DNA of 64,000 nt from Haplodiscus bocki (Eukaryota): assembly GCA_965655095.1 (NCBI GenBank), contig OZ296648.1, positions 79,732,001 through 79,796,000 of the forward strand. Direction: 5' to 3'. Within the stretch, counting starts at the first letter, position 1. The number at the start of each line of letters is the position of its first letter. Shown piece by piece: positions 13,690 through 25,094 of this stretch. The notes under the pieces were generated by a model. The model searched no databases, had not been told where the DNA came from, and was given only the letters and a program-made list of their open reading frames with translations. A program made the position numbers and the translations under genes.

Positions 13690-15466
13690 TGCCTCTTGTG
13701 ACGGCCAGTCCTACACTGAAAACTATGGTAGTCCCTGTGCGAGATCAGAAACTAACACTCTCCCCCTATTTCAAAACCAAATTTTAGTGAAATATCAATA
13801 TGAAAATACAATTGTCAACAGAAAAAACTTCGTATATTTTAAAAGTTACTCCGCTTTTATGATTCTATACACATATAAACATTTAGTTATTAAATTTATA
13901 CATAAGAAATCATACTCTCAACAAAAATGGTGTCAGCACACGGAAACTGTCCAATACGACGATCACAGTGCTTTACTCAAGCGCAGTGAAACAATTTTCT
14001 ATATCTTGCTTTTCTCATTTCCTGCTCAACTCTCACGAGTGATAAGCAACGCTTTAAAACTATAGAGACCGAAGTTGGTTGCTGGAACACACTTTTGACC
14101 AGTTTGCTCAAAGCAGACGATCATCTTGCAGCAGCAAAGGTAAGGAATCTAGTATTTCTTGCTATTTGTAAATATATGAATAGATAAAATTTTACATGAC
14201 CTTGGCAAAATACAAGATACCAAAATCGAATGCCCTACGATCCAGTGTTAATAAACACCAACATTACGTTGGATGATCCAGTAACTTCCTGACATGTCAC
14301 AAACCAGTTCTTGCGATTGATTTACCATCATACTTTGAATGCTTCTTCGGCTAAATGAGGTCAACGGAAATAACCAACCAAGGCAATTAACAGTGCTTAA
14401 CCATGCATTTGTGCAATTATGGCATGTAACTGTGTGACCTTCATCTGAGCGAGGAATTAAATTGGTCATTGGGACCCAAATTCTGCTTTGGATGCCTCAT
14501 TCAGATTAGTTAGAGTAATATGTATCGTCTACAGGTCCTTATGACCAGCCACCTAGTCTAACCAAGTAAGTGTAAATAGTAAAACTCTTTGTCATAAACA
14601 ACATATTAGATCTACATTAATCGTGACTGTCATCAATTACACATTTTTTGATATTTGGTGTCAATAACTGGTACCTTTTACCGTACCAATACGTGAATGA
14701 GAAATATTCACAAAAATTTTGTTTGTGGGAATTATCAAATCTTACTAAATTGACTTCCTCGTGATAAGGTTGACATGTCATATTTTAAACTTGAACGCTA
14801 GACTCCCAAACAGGCATAGAATACAGTTCTCGATATATTTTTGATTGTGATAATCTATCTTCATTACCTACCTTTGCAGTATCATAGAGGCACTATTCTT
14901 GGAATTAGAATATAATGATGTCATGTAACTTTCGATACAACTGCTTCGATCTGTGGTTTGAGGTAGACCTATAATTGCAGTTAGAGGTATGACGTCAGTG
15001 AATCAGGATACCTGACTGACGAACGAAGTCAGAGGTCACCCGATGGAGAAGTGTCCTGACATTGGCCCGGAGTTTGACCCGTGTTTTTGGAAACGTCACC
15101 AAAAATGTTTGCTTTTGTTATTTACAAAACTGAAATTTTCTTCTTTCCCAATTATTCAAAAATGCATGTTTGACTTTTTTTCGTTAAACTTTTTGTTGAA
15201 ATTAATTGGTTTTGATAAAAAACAAAACTCACCTAAAAAAAACTTGGCTCCACATCAAAACAAAGAGCAACAGTGCAGAAGGGTTCTCAGTGAACTAGTT
15301 GAGTTTGATCGAGATGTTATGATCGATAGCTAGCAAATAGTGAGAGATACAATTTTGAAGTCACAGTTCGTTGACACGGAATTTACTTCTGATAAAAACA
15401 ACGTAATTTCTTCAACTCATGAGAACGCTCTAAACATGTCAACCCTGGAAAGAAAACTCATGGACA

Positions 15467-15615
15467 NNNNNNNNNNNNNNNNNNNNNNNNNNNNNNNNNN
15501 NNNNNNNNNNNNNNNNNNNNNNNNNNNNNNNNNNNNNNNNNNNNNNNNNNNNNNNNNNNNNNNNNNNNNNNNNNNNNNNNNNNNNNNNNNNNNNNNNNNN
15601 NNNNNNNNNNNNNNN
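15467..15615. other. Assembly gap (149 N)
   Basis: Run of N. Confidence 1.
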
Positions 15616-18600
15616 CTTCAGGATGCAGTATTGACGGCAATGGATAGTTTGTTACCCCTTGGATTGAACTAGTAAATAGGTCAAAAATGCCTCATTACAG
15701 AGAAATGTTGCTTTCGTCATGATTTTTTTTCTTGCTGTCGAAATCATCTTGATGAAACCAGCGGGTTTCTTGTCACAAGAACACTTTTTGAGTGGCAACT
15801 GAACGCTCATTACATTTGCCCAGCCTATCAGGTTTTTTTGCAAATGTCTTGAGAAACCCAACAAGATTTTCTTCCATGTGTTGCCCAGCCAATCAAGATT
15901 CTCCCATGCGTTTTCCTCAGTAAAGAAGTGCCTGCCATGCTTCTGGCTCGAGCGACTTGCATTTTTTTGCCCGGACTTTCTAACATAAAACAGGGAAATT
16001 GCCAAACAGGTAAAAATTAGAGGTAATAAACAAAATAAAACATCACAAGGGTGCATAATTTTTTTGCATACAAATTTGAAACGTCAAGGAAATTGATGTG
16101 GAATCTTTTATGTACCCAAAATTTTCAACTGACTGTTGTGTTTTTTGTTTTTTATTGGTAACTAGGGAGATTAGAAAGTAAAAATGCAGGTGCCTTAAAG
16201 TCATGGGTTTTGAATGGAAACAGAACAAAGACTTCAAACACAAAAGAAAATTGAAAAAACATTCAATGGAACCATGGGATTATGCAAATTGACAGAAAAA
16301 TTGACCGTGTCACCAGGACATACATATCTAAAGACAACAAAACAATGTGATCGGAAGGAAACTCTCGGAGTTTTTTTTGCAAAACTCAAGCTGAGAAATA
16401 GATTCCCATACGTTCAATTTTTTTGAACTCTTGATTCATCAAGACATGGCCACTGACACCTGGAGAGCTACCACATGCAGTGACCGATAGGAACCTTTAT
16501 TAACTGAAAAACAGTTCGAAAACTGTACCAACTTCAAAAACAAATGTCTTTACCTGAAATTGGAACAAATATTTCAAACTCGAAAAAACTCAGAAAAACA
16601 CATCACAGTTTCAATATTTTAATTGAAGTCTGCGAATGAGCAAATTGACTGCGGATATTGACCAAGTTTCCAAGGTACGAAAATGTAGACGACAATTAAT
16701 TAGTTTCAATAATGTTCAATATCGAGTTTTACGGTCTTTTACCGTTAAAGGTAACAACATTGACGAACCATTTGTGGTAACAATCTGTTTTTGACTGGGC
16801 TACATTGTGTTCCTTGAAAAATGATTACAAGACCAGGATTTCGCAACAACAAGCAAACAAAATTCTTGTGAAGTAAGGGACCCTCAAAGGTTTTGCGATG
16901 ACTGGAAACAAGAAGAAAAATTTTCAAATCTGTGATTACTAAGTACACGGCGCATGCCTTCGCTATATGGCTCCTTTGGATCAAAAATACCTAGATGTAA
17001 TGGGTTTTGTTAACGTTATACAGAATAACGTTATTTCTGCTAGAAGTGGCTATATCCGATCTGTTCCTCTTTAGATTGACCACTTCTAAAATGTTTTTCA
17101 AACATTTTCGTTCTCTTGTAGAAGCATTGTATCCTGCTCTAACAGCCACTTGAGTTCTGGGTACAATAAATGAGCTCACTGCGGCTCTAATTGCACATTG
17201 GACGGTACTCCTTGACTGACACCTCAACATCCAATCTCATAGGACTCTAACCATGAAGTTGTGGGGACTGCTGTTAAAAGACTATGCTATCTGAAGCCTC
17301 TTTTATGAAGTTTTCTGTTTCCCTCGTTATTCTGAGAGCTTGATATTTTTTTTCTTGATCAAACTTTTTTGCGCGGAACTTCGAATTCTTTATGAGTATG
17401 AAGTTCCTTTTTTTCGAAAATTACAAACAATGCACAGCAGCTGTATGAAAAAATATTACTGATACGGGTCAAAGGTTTGCTTTTCAGCTTGTCAGACACG
17501 AAGCTAAAAAAACATATGATTAGAATCGAACACAATCTGAAACAGGGTTGAAGATGATAAAAAAATCAAAAGTGGCACAATAAATCCCCTTTTTTGGAAG
17601 GAGTTCTTGGGCTAAATTTTTGACTTTTTCAAACAAGGGTTAGGTTTAAAAGATCTGACGTTTATCAGTTGGACATATGGAAAGCAAACAAAACAAGAAG
17701 TGATCTGACAAAATATGATTTTCGTGCAAAAGATTTGTGTGCATTCGATTGGTACTACAAGTGTCGAACTGGCGTGGCAATCAAAATTCTAGCTTTCGTT
17801 CATGGGCACCATTGGCACCAAAAATTGGTCATGCCAGTCATACGAACTTTGACTTTGTATTTACACAATCTTCAAATTAAATCTAATTTTATTATAACAA
17901 CTAGATGTCAAAGAAAACCTCTTTGATGACTTTTGGAACTGTAATTTTTTTATCCATGATCAGGTTGCACCATAGACGTACATAATTGCTTATAGTGATT
18001 GTGTGATCACATGGCAGTATGACATTTTGTCATACTAAGTGGAATGTCCATTCAACGACATTCAAAGGTCGCTTCCTCAACTTAGTGACTATAAAATGAC
18101 ACTTGAAACTGCAGACAATTACATTTTTAACCAATCGAATCACATTCGAAGTATAAGAGGCAATTACCAAAACCTCAAACGGTGAATGGTTCCTTTGGAA
18201 TATATCGACCAACCAGAGCGTTCCAGTAACACGAAAACTGAAAAATTGAATAACCCATACAATAGTATTTAATAATCCTTTCACCTTGATTATTATTTAA
18301 TGTACAACAGTTGACGACTGTCGTAGTATATCCGCGAAGCCTACGAGCATACAGAAAGAAAAGGACATCCCCAGATTGCCTGAAAATTAGAAGAAACTGT
18401 ATCAATACTTTAGACTTTTCTATTTCCATTCATATATTAATATTGCAGTAATATATCATTGTTTTTACATCTAGGCGATACGTATCAAATACGTATCACT
18501 CCCCAGTATATTTTCATACAAATTCTACGTATTTTATACGTAGCATTCCCGTGTACTGAACCAGATTGGGACGCAACTTTTACGTAACGAACACGTACCT

Positions 18601-19509
18601 ACCTAGCAGCTACTCTAAGCTAGGAATGAATATTTTGTTACGTGCGCATTACGTCGCTACCGATCTGGTGACGTCACAAAACTTTCAACCAATCCGCTGT
18701 GCTTTTACGCTTTTTCACTTTGGACGGACACGGGACGTCTACGTAGCCACCAGAATCATTCTCCTCAGTAGTACTGCGGAAGGCAGTGCTACAAGCGGCT
18801 ACGTAGTCGCCACGGAACGCTCTGGCCAAAGTGAGGCGTGAGCTAGTAAAAACGTGGAACGGGCTAGGAAAAAGCCTAGTTTCGTTCCAAAACTGGACTA
18901 AATCGATGCAATAGTATTACCAAGCATGTAATTATGATATTCTATGATTATTTTAGTGTATTTTACTTAATTTTGGTGCATTTTCCAATACTTTCCTCAT
19001 ATGGAAAATCTTTTTGATCATTTGTTTATGTTATTATTTATTGTGTCGGCGCGGGAATAAGCACTTTGATATCCATTTCCGACTGATGAGACCCGTAAAT
19101 TTTCCGTCGAAAGATGGAAAAGACGCGGTCTATAAAGGAAGAAATGGAGGGAAAGTTGTTTATTTCCCGCCAGAGTCGGCATATTTTCTTTGTAATTACT
19201 ATGATTAAAGTACTTTTCCGTACTTTGTACCTTTACTTGGCGTGTAAACAATTATGTTTCCCGCCAAGGAAAAGGTATAAATAGGAGAAACGAAAAAACT
19301 AAAGGGAGATCCTTAATATCACTTTGATTATCAGTTGACTGTACTGATTGCGACTAGTTGTTTCTTTTAAAGATTCACATTTTTGCTATACTCTCAAGTT
19401 TAATAACAAATACAAAACTAGAAAATGGCACTCGGAGAGCGCAGATCCCGCGAAAGCCCTTAATCTTTCCCTCGCCAAACAAACAAACAAACAGACAAAC
19501 AAAAAATTT

Positions 19510-19583
19510 TGGCCACACAGAGGTTCGAACTCTCGACCCTAGCGTTTTTAGCACAATTCTCTTACCGACTGAGCTATAGGGCC
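19510..19583 (-). tRNA. tRNA-like gene or pseudogene, AAA anticodon, first array copy
   Basis: 74 nt with A box TAGCTCAGTCGG, B box GTTCGAAC and downstream oligo-T. It has a few stem mismatches. Confidence 0.45.
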
Positions 19584-20086
19584 GTACTAATCTGATTACT
19601 AATATCAGATTACTATTATCAGATTAACAAGAATTTTTGGCCACACAGAGGTTCGAACTCTCGACCGTCGCATTTTTAGCACAAGGCTCTTACCGACTGA
19701 GTTATTGGGCCGTACTAGTGTGATTACTCTTATCCGATTACTAATGTCAGATTACTATTATCCTGGATATGATTGAAATCCTGATCCAATCAGGATCTCC
19801 GGATAACTGTTATCAGGATCCAACATGAAATCCTGGACCGTAACCCAGTCGTTGATATACAATACCTCCTATTTTGAGAAATCCTGCTAACAAACAAACA
19901 AACGAACAAACAAACAAACAAACAAACAGACAAACAAAAAATTTTGGACACACAGAGTTTCGAACTGTCGACCCTCGCGTTTTTAGCACAATGCTCTTAC
20001 CGACTGAGCTATAGGGCCGTACGCATGTGATTACTAATATCAGATTACTATTATAAGATTACTATTATCAGATTAACAAAATCTTT

Positions 20087-20160
20087 TGCCCACACAGAGG
20101 TTCGATCTCTCGACCGTCGCGTTATTAGCACAATGCTTTTACCGACTGAGCTATTGGGCC
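20087..20160 (-). pseudogene. tRNA-Ile(AAT) pseudogene copy in array
   Basis: The only copy with loop CT-AAT-AA (GTGCTAATAACGCG, the canonical Ile-AAT arm). Its B box is mutated to GATCGAAC. Confidence 0.65.
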
Positions 20161-21079
20161 GTACTAATGTGATTACTCTTATCAGACTACTATTGTCAGA
20201 TTACTATTATCCTCGATCTGATTGAAATCCTGATACAATCAGGATATCTGGATAACTGTTATCAGGATCCAACATGAAATCCTGGACCGTAACCCAGTCG
20301 TTGATATACAATACCTCCTATTTTGAGAAATTCTGCTAACAAACAAACAAACCAACAAACAAACAAATAAACAGACAAACAAAAAATTTTGGCCACACAG
20401 AGTTTCGAACTCTCGACCCTCGCGTTTTTCGCACAATGCTCTTACCGACTGAGGTATAGGTCCGTACTTATCTGATTACTAATATCAGATTACTATTATC
20501 AGATTACTAATATTAATTTAACAAAAAATTTTGACCACACAGAGATTCGAACTCTCGACCGTCGCGTTTTTAGCACAATGCTCTTACCGACTGAGCTAGA
20601 GGGCCGTAAGCATCTGATTAATCTTATCAGATTACTATTATCAGATTATTTTTATCAAATTAACAAAAAATTTTGGCCACAGAGAGGTTCGAACTCTCAA
20701 CCCTCGCGTTTTTAGCACAATGCTCTTACCGACTGAGCTAGAGGGCCGTACGCATCTGATTACTCTTATCAGATTACTATTGTCAGATTACTATTATCCT
20801 GGATCTGATTGAAATCCTGATCCAAAAATCCGACCAGTAGTTCATGGGAAACAGTTATCCGGATCTCAGATCCGGATTTCATTTCGGATCACGCCCAACT
20901 TTGAACTCCGTCTTCCTATGATCATTACCTCCCTACTCACCAAATTTCGTCAAAATCCGACCAGTAGTTTATGAGAAATCCTGCTAACAAACAAACAAAC
21001 AAACAGACAAACAGACACACGAAGGTGATTGCAATATCCCGCTTTTCGCGGGATAATGATCAATAAATAATAACATAAA

Positions 21080-23493
21080 AAAATGGCACTCGGAGAGTGC
21101 AGATCCCGCGAAAGCCCTTGATCTTTTCCTCGCCAAACAAACAAACAGACAAACAAAAAAATTTGGCCACACAGAGGTTCGAACTCTCGACCCTCGCATT
21201 TTTAGCACAATGCTTTTACGGACTGAGCTATAGGACCTTTGTAATCTGATTACTCTTATCGGATTACTATTGTCAGATTACTATTATCCTGGATCTGATT
21301 GAAATTCTGATCCAATCAGGATCTCCGGATAACTGTTATCAGGATCCAACAGGATGACCTGGATCGTAACCCAGTCGTTGATATCCATTACCTCCTTTTT
21401 TTGAGAAATCCTGCCAACAAACAAACAAACAAACAGACAAACAAAAAAGTTTTGCCACACAGAGGTTCGAACTCTCGACCTTCGCCTTGTTAGCACAATG
21501 CTCTTACCGACTGAGCTATAGGGCCGTAATTATCTGATCACTATTATCAGATTACTATTATCAGATTACTATTATCAGATTACAATTATCAGATTACCGA
21601 AAAATTTTGGCCACACAGAGGTTCGAAATCTCGACCTTCGCGTTTTTAGCACAATGCTCTTACCGACTGAGCTATAGGGCCGTACTTATCTGATTACTCT
21701 TATCAGATTACTATTATCAGACTACTATTTTCCTGGATCTGATTGAAATCCTGATCTAATCAGTATCTCCGGATAACTGTTATCAGGATCCAACAGGATA
21801 TCCTGGATCGTAACCAAGTCGTTGATATACATTACCTCCTATTTTGAGAAATCCTGCTAACAAACAAACAAACAAACAAACAGACAAACAAAAAATTTTT
21901 GCCACACAGGGGTCCGAACTCTCGACCTTCGCGTTTTTAGCACAATGCTCTTACCGACTGAGCTATAGTGCCGTAATTATCTAATTACTCATCAGATTAC
22001 TATTATCAGATTACTATTATCAGATTACTATTATCAGATTACTATTATCAGATTACCGAAAAATTTTGGCTACACAGAGGTTCGAAATCTCGACCTTCGC
22101 GTTTCTAGCACAATGCTCTTACCGACTGAGCTATATGGCCGTACTTATCTGATTACTCTTATCAGATTACTATTATCAGACTACTATGTTCCTGGATCTG
22201 ATTGAAATCCTGATCTAATCAGGATCTCCGGATAACTGTTAATATGGATCCAACAGGATATCCTGGATCGTAACCAAGTCATTGATGTACATTACCTCCT
22301 ATTTTGAGAAGTCCTGCTAACAAACAAACAAACAAACAAACAAACGAACAGACAAACAAAACATTTTGTCCACACAGAGGTTCCAACTCTCGACGTTCGC
22401 GTTTTTAGCACAATGTTCTTAACGACTGAGCTATAGGGCTGTACTCATCAGATTTTTCTAATCAGATTGTTTTTATCAGATTACTGTAATCAGATTACTA
22501 TTATCAGATTACTATTAGCAGATTAAAATAAAATTTTGGTCACACAGGGGTTCGCACTCTCAACCCTTGCGTTTTTAGCACAATTCTCTTAACGCCTGAG
22601 CTATTGGGCCGTACTCATCTCATTACTCTTATCAGATTACTATTTTCCTGGATCTGATTGAAATCCTGATCCAATCAGCATCTCCGGATAACTGTTATCA
22701 GGATCCAACAGGATATCCTGGATCGTAACCCAGTCATTGATATACATTACCTTCTATTTTGAGAAATCCTGCAAACAAACAAACAAACAAACAAACAAAC
22801 AAACAAACAGACAATCAAAAACATTCGTCCACACAGAGGTTCCAGCTCTCGTCCCTCGCTTTTTTAGCACAATGCTCTTACCGACTGAGCTAGAGGGCCG
22901 TACTCATCTGATTACTCTTATCAGATTCCTATTATCAGATTTTTATTATCAAATTAACAAAAAACTTTGGCCACACAGATGTTTGAACTCTCGACCCTCG
23001 CGTTTTTAGCACAATGCTCTTACCGACTGAGCTGTGGCGCCGTACGTATCTGATTACTAATATCAGATTACTATTATCAGATTACTATTATCAGATTAAC
23101 AAAAAATTTTGGCCACACAGAGGTTCGAACTCTCGACCCTCGCGTTTTTAGCACAATGCTCTTACCGACTGAGCTATACGGCCGTACTGCTCTGCTTACT
23201 CTTATCAGATTAGTATTATCAGATTACTATTATCCAGGATCTGATTGAAATCTTGATCCAAAAATCCGACCAGTAGTTCATGAGAAACAGTTATCCGGAT
23301 CTCAGATCCGGATTTCAATTCGGATCACGCCCAACTTTGAACTCCGTCTTCCTATGATCATTACCTCCCTACTCACCAAATTTCGTCAAAATCCGACCAG
23401 TAGTTTATGAGAAATCCTGCTAACAAACAAACAAACAAACAGACAAACAGACACACGAAGGTGATCGCAATATCCCGCTTTTCGCGGGATAAT
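21080..23493 (+). mobile_element. Helentron-type non-autonomous element, copy 2, carrying 10 tRNA-derived units
   Basis: Same termini as copy 1 (AAATGGCACTCGGAGAGTGCAGATCCCGCGAAAG; hairpin at 23471-23491), arranged head-to-tail with copy 1. Confidence 0.75.
23110..23183 (-). tRNA. tRNA-like gene, Ile(AAT)-type body with AAA anticodon (best-folding copy)
   Basis: Acceptor GGCCGTA/TGTGGCC, D arm GCTC/GAGC, anticodon stem TTGTG/CGCGA with loop CT-AAA-AA, T arm GAGAG-TTCGAAC-CTCTG (one mismatch), A73. A and B boxes are intact and a T6 run follows. Function is unproven. Confidence 0.55.
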
Positions 23494-23534
23494 AATTCAG
23501 TCTTCATAACTGCGTAGCATTTTCCCTTCAAAAA

Positions 23535-25094
23535 ATGGCAACGCTGAGAAACAAACGAAAGTTGGCAGCCGTTAAAAGAGAAACACAAGAGGAACATCCT
23601 AGGAACGGCCAGTCACGAAACACGTCCGTTCCTAGAATTAACGAGGAATATATCACACAACTTTCTGAAGAGATAGAAGGCAGAGTCAGTAAAAAACTGT
23701 CCCAAGAGTTCAGCAGGACAAAGTCCCGCATTTTGGGTGCTTTGTCTAAATTAGACGAGTTTCTCTTGAACCAACAGATAACGACGCATTCCGGAACCAG
23801 TCCGGGAACATTCCGAAACACAAACGTGGATAACCAGGGAACGAATGAGGACGACTGCATGAGTGACCCTTATCCTGAAGCAGGCCTCTTCCGCAGTCAG
23901 ACTACACAAAACTCTGGCCAAGAAGTTGGTCCCTACATGGTGACAGGAGTTATAGAAGAGACTCACGACGGTCCTTACATGGTGAAGGGAGTTATAGAAG
24001 AGATTCACGACGGTCCTTACATGGTGACAGGAGCTACAGAAGAAGTTCGCAATGGCCGTGACATGGTGACAGCAGTTCAAGAAGAGATTCCCTACTGCTC
24101 CTCTGGAATTTCCTCAGGAAAACAAAAGAAGGCGCGCTCCACAAGTCAGCCACAATTTCGCAGTGAGAACACCCCTGCGACAATTGAAGCCGACCAGATT
24201 TTGTTGGCCCTTCAGCAATTGGCGATGAACAGTAATTCAGCCAATTTCAACAACAATATCACAAAAATCTCGAAACTGCCTAAGTCCCTCACGACAACAA
24301 TGCCCACATTCGACGGGAAATCAGAGAAATTTGAACTGTTTGAAGATCTATTCCAAACGAGTTTAAAAATCCACAATCAGCTAACAGAAGAAGACAAAAT
24401 ATACTATTTCCACTCTCTCATGCGTGGTGATGCGCTGCAGATGTTTAAAAACATCACCAGCCCCAACAGAGAGAATTTGGGAGAAATCCTGACTGTGTTC
24501 CGTATAAAATACGTGAAACACCAGTCAATGGCTACGGCAAAACCCAAATTTCAACAACTAATATTCAATCCAGTGAACAAGAAGTTAATTGAGTTTTTGG
24601 ACGAACTCCAGAAATTGGCAAAAGATGCGTTCGGAGTTGCTGCCCAAGCAATCATTGACCAATTCATATATGCCAAGATGCCTCCACACCTGGAGAAATC
24701 AATAAACCAGGCCCACTTGGAGAACGGCACGTTTGAACAGATTGTGACACATCTCGAAAGGGAATTAGAGCTTAACAGTTTGGAATATCCTGATGAAACT
24801 CAGATGAACACTGTGACGCACAAACAACAAATTGAAGGCAACCCAGATAATGCTGGAAATATCAACAGTGATACAATCGACTCTAACCCGAACAACCAAA
24901 AAATTAACAAAAAATCTAGAACTCTCTACTCTCCCTGTGAGACATGTGGCAAAACGAACCACTCCACAGAGAGATGTTACGTTGGAGCCAATGCAGCAAA
25001 CAGGCCACTTCCCTGGAAGAACAAACCTCAAGAACAGGACGCACACGACAGTATAACTGGTTGTGTCCAGGCTACAGCTCAACATCTTAACTAG
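23535..25094 (+). CDS. gag: Retrotransposon Gag-like protein (519 aa)
   Basis: The only long intact ORF. Has a capsid-like segment (MPTFDGKSEKFELFEDLF...KIYYFHSLMRGDAL), a CX2CX4HX4C knuckle (CETCGKTNHSTERC) and internal 14-aa repeats. Confidence 0.9.
   Translation: MATLRNKRKLAAVKRETQEEHPRNGQSRNTSVPRINEEYITQLSEEIEGRVSKKLSQEFSRTKSRILGALSKLDEFLLNQQITTHSGTSPGTFRNTNVDNQGTNEDDCMSDPYPEAGLFRSQTTQNSGQEVGPYMVTGVIEETHDGPYMVKGVIEEIHDGPYMVTGATEEVRNGRDMVTAVQEEIPYCSSGISSGKQKKARSTSQPQFRSENTPATIEADQILLALQQLAMNSNSANFNNNITKISKLPKSLTTTMPTFDGKSEKFELFEDLFQTSLKIHNQLTEEDKIYYFHSLMRGDALQMFKNITSPNRENLGEILTVFRIKYVKHQSMATAKPKFQQLIFNPVNKKLIEFLDELQKLAKDAFGVAAQAIIDQFIYAKMPPHLEKSINQAHLENGTFEQIVTHLERELELNSLEYPDETQMNTVTHKQQIEGNPDNAGNINSDTIDSNPNNQKINKKSRTLYSPCETCGKTNHSTERCYVGANAANRPLPWKNKPQEQDAHDSITGCVQATAQHLN

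Larger units (their letters stand above)
19417..21057 (+). mobile_element. Helentron-type non-autonomous element (HINE/DINE-1-like), copy 1, carrying 7 tRNA-derived units
   Basis: One end reads ACTAGAAAATGGCACTCGGAGAGCGCAGATCCCGCGAAAG. The other reads CCAAATTTCGTCAAAATCCGACCAGTAG...(AAAC)n, then the hairpin TATCCCGC-TTTTC-GCGGGATA. ATCCCGCGAAA is an inverted repeat of the hairpin arm. Flanks are A-rich with no TSD. Confidence 0.75.
19510..23183 (-). repeat. Tandem array of 17 tRNA-Ile-derived 74-nt units with 14-bp (CAGATTACTATTAT)n, GGATCC-rich and (AAAC)n spacers
   Basis: Lower coordinates of copies: ~19510, 19638, 19945, 20087, 20390, 20532, 20674, 21164, 21452, 21608, 21899, 22067, 22367, 22537, 22826, 22968, 23110. 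Consensus (-): GGCCCTATAGCTCAGTCGGTAAGAGCATTGTGCTAAAAACGCGAGGGTCGAGAGTTCGAACCTCTGTGTGGCCA, followed by an oligo-T run. Confidence 0.95.

Noticed and set aside
13574-14065. 163-aa ORF
   Set aside because: It begins inside a repeat element and runs into AT-rich sequence with no domain, so it is probably spurious.
14100-14570. Host exons or a sushi-like module (LVCDMSGSYW)
   Set aside because: Splice-like signals and the Cys/Trp pattern are on opposite strands, and no coherent gene model can be built.
15240-15700. ORF spanning the gap (RRVLSELVEFD...LQDAVLTAMDS)
   Set aside because: It looks like a retroelement-associated helical ORF remnant, but it has a stop and an N gap and cannot be assigned.
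16400-17330. Decayed Gypsy integrase
   Set aside because: Only vague resemblance; the catalytic motifs are not readable.
19510-23183. CRISPR-like repeat-spacer array
   Set aside because: The repeats are tRNA-derived and the spacers are themselves repetitive rather than unique. There are no cas genes and the context is eukaryotic.
19510-23183. Ordinary tRNA-Phe or tRNA-Lys cluster, or a tRNA-derived SINE
   Set aside because: The body is Ile-type and the TTT seen on + is the reverse complement of the anticodon. There is no SINE tail or TSD, and the units lie inside Helentron-type termini.
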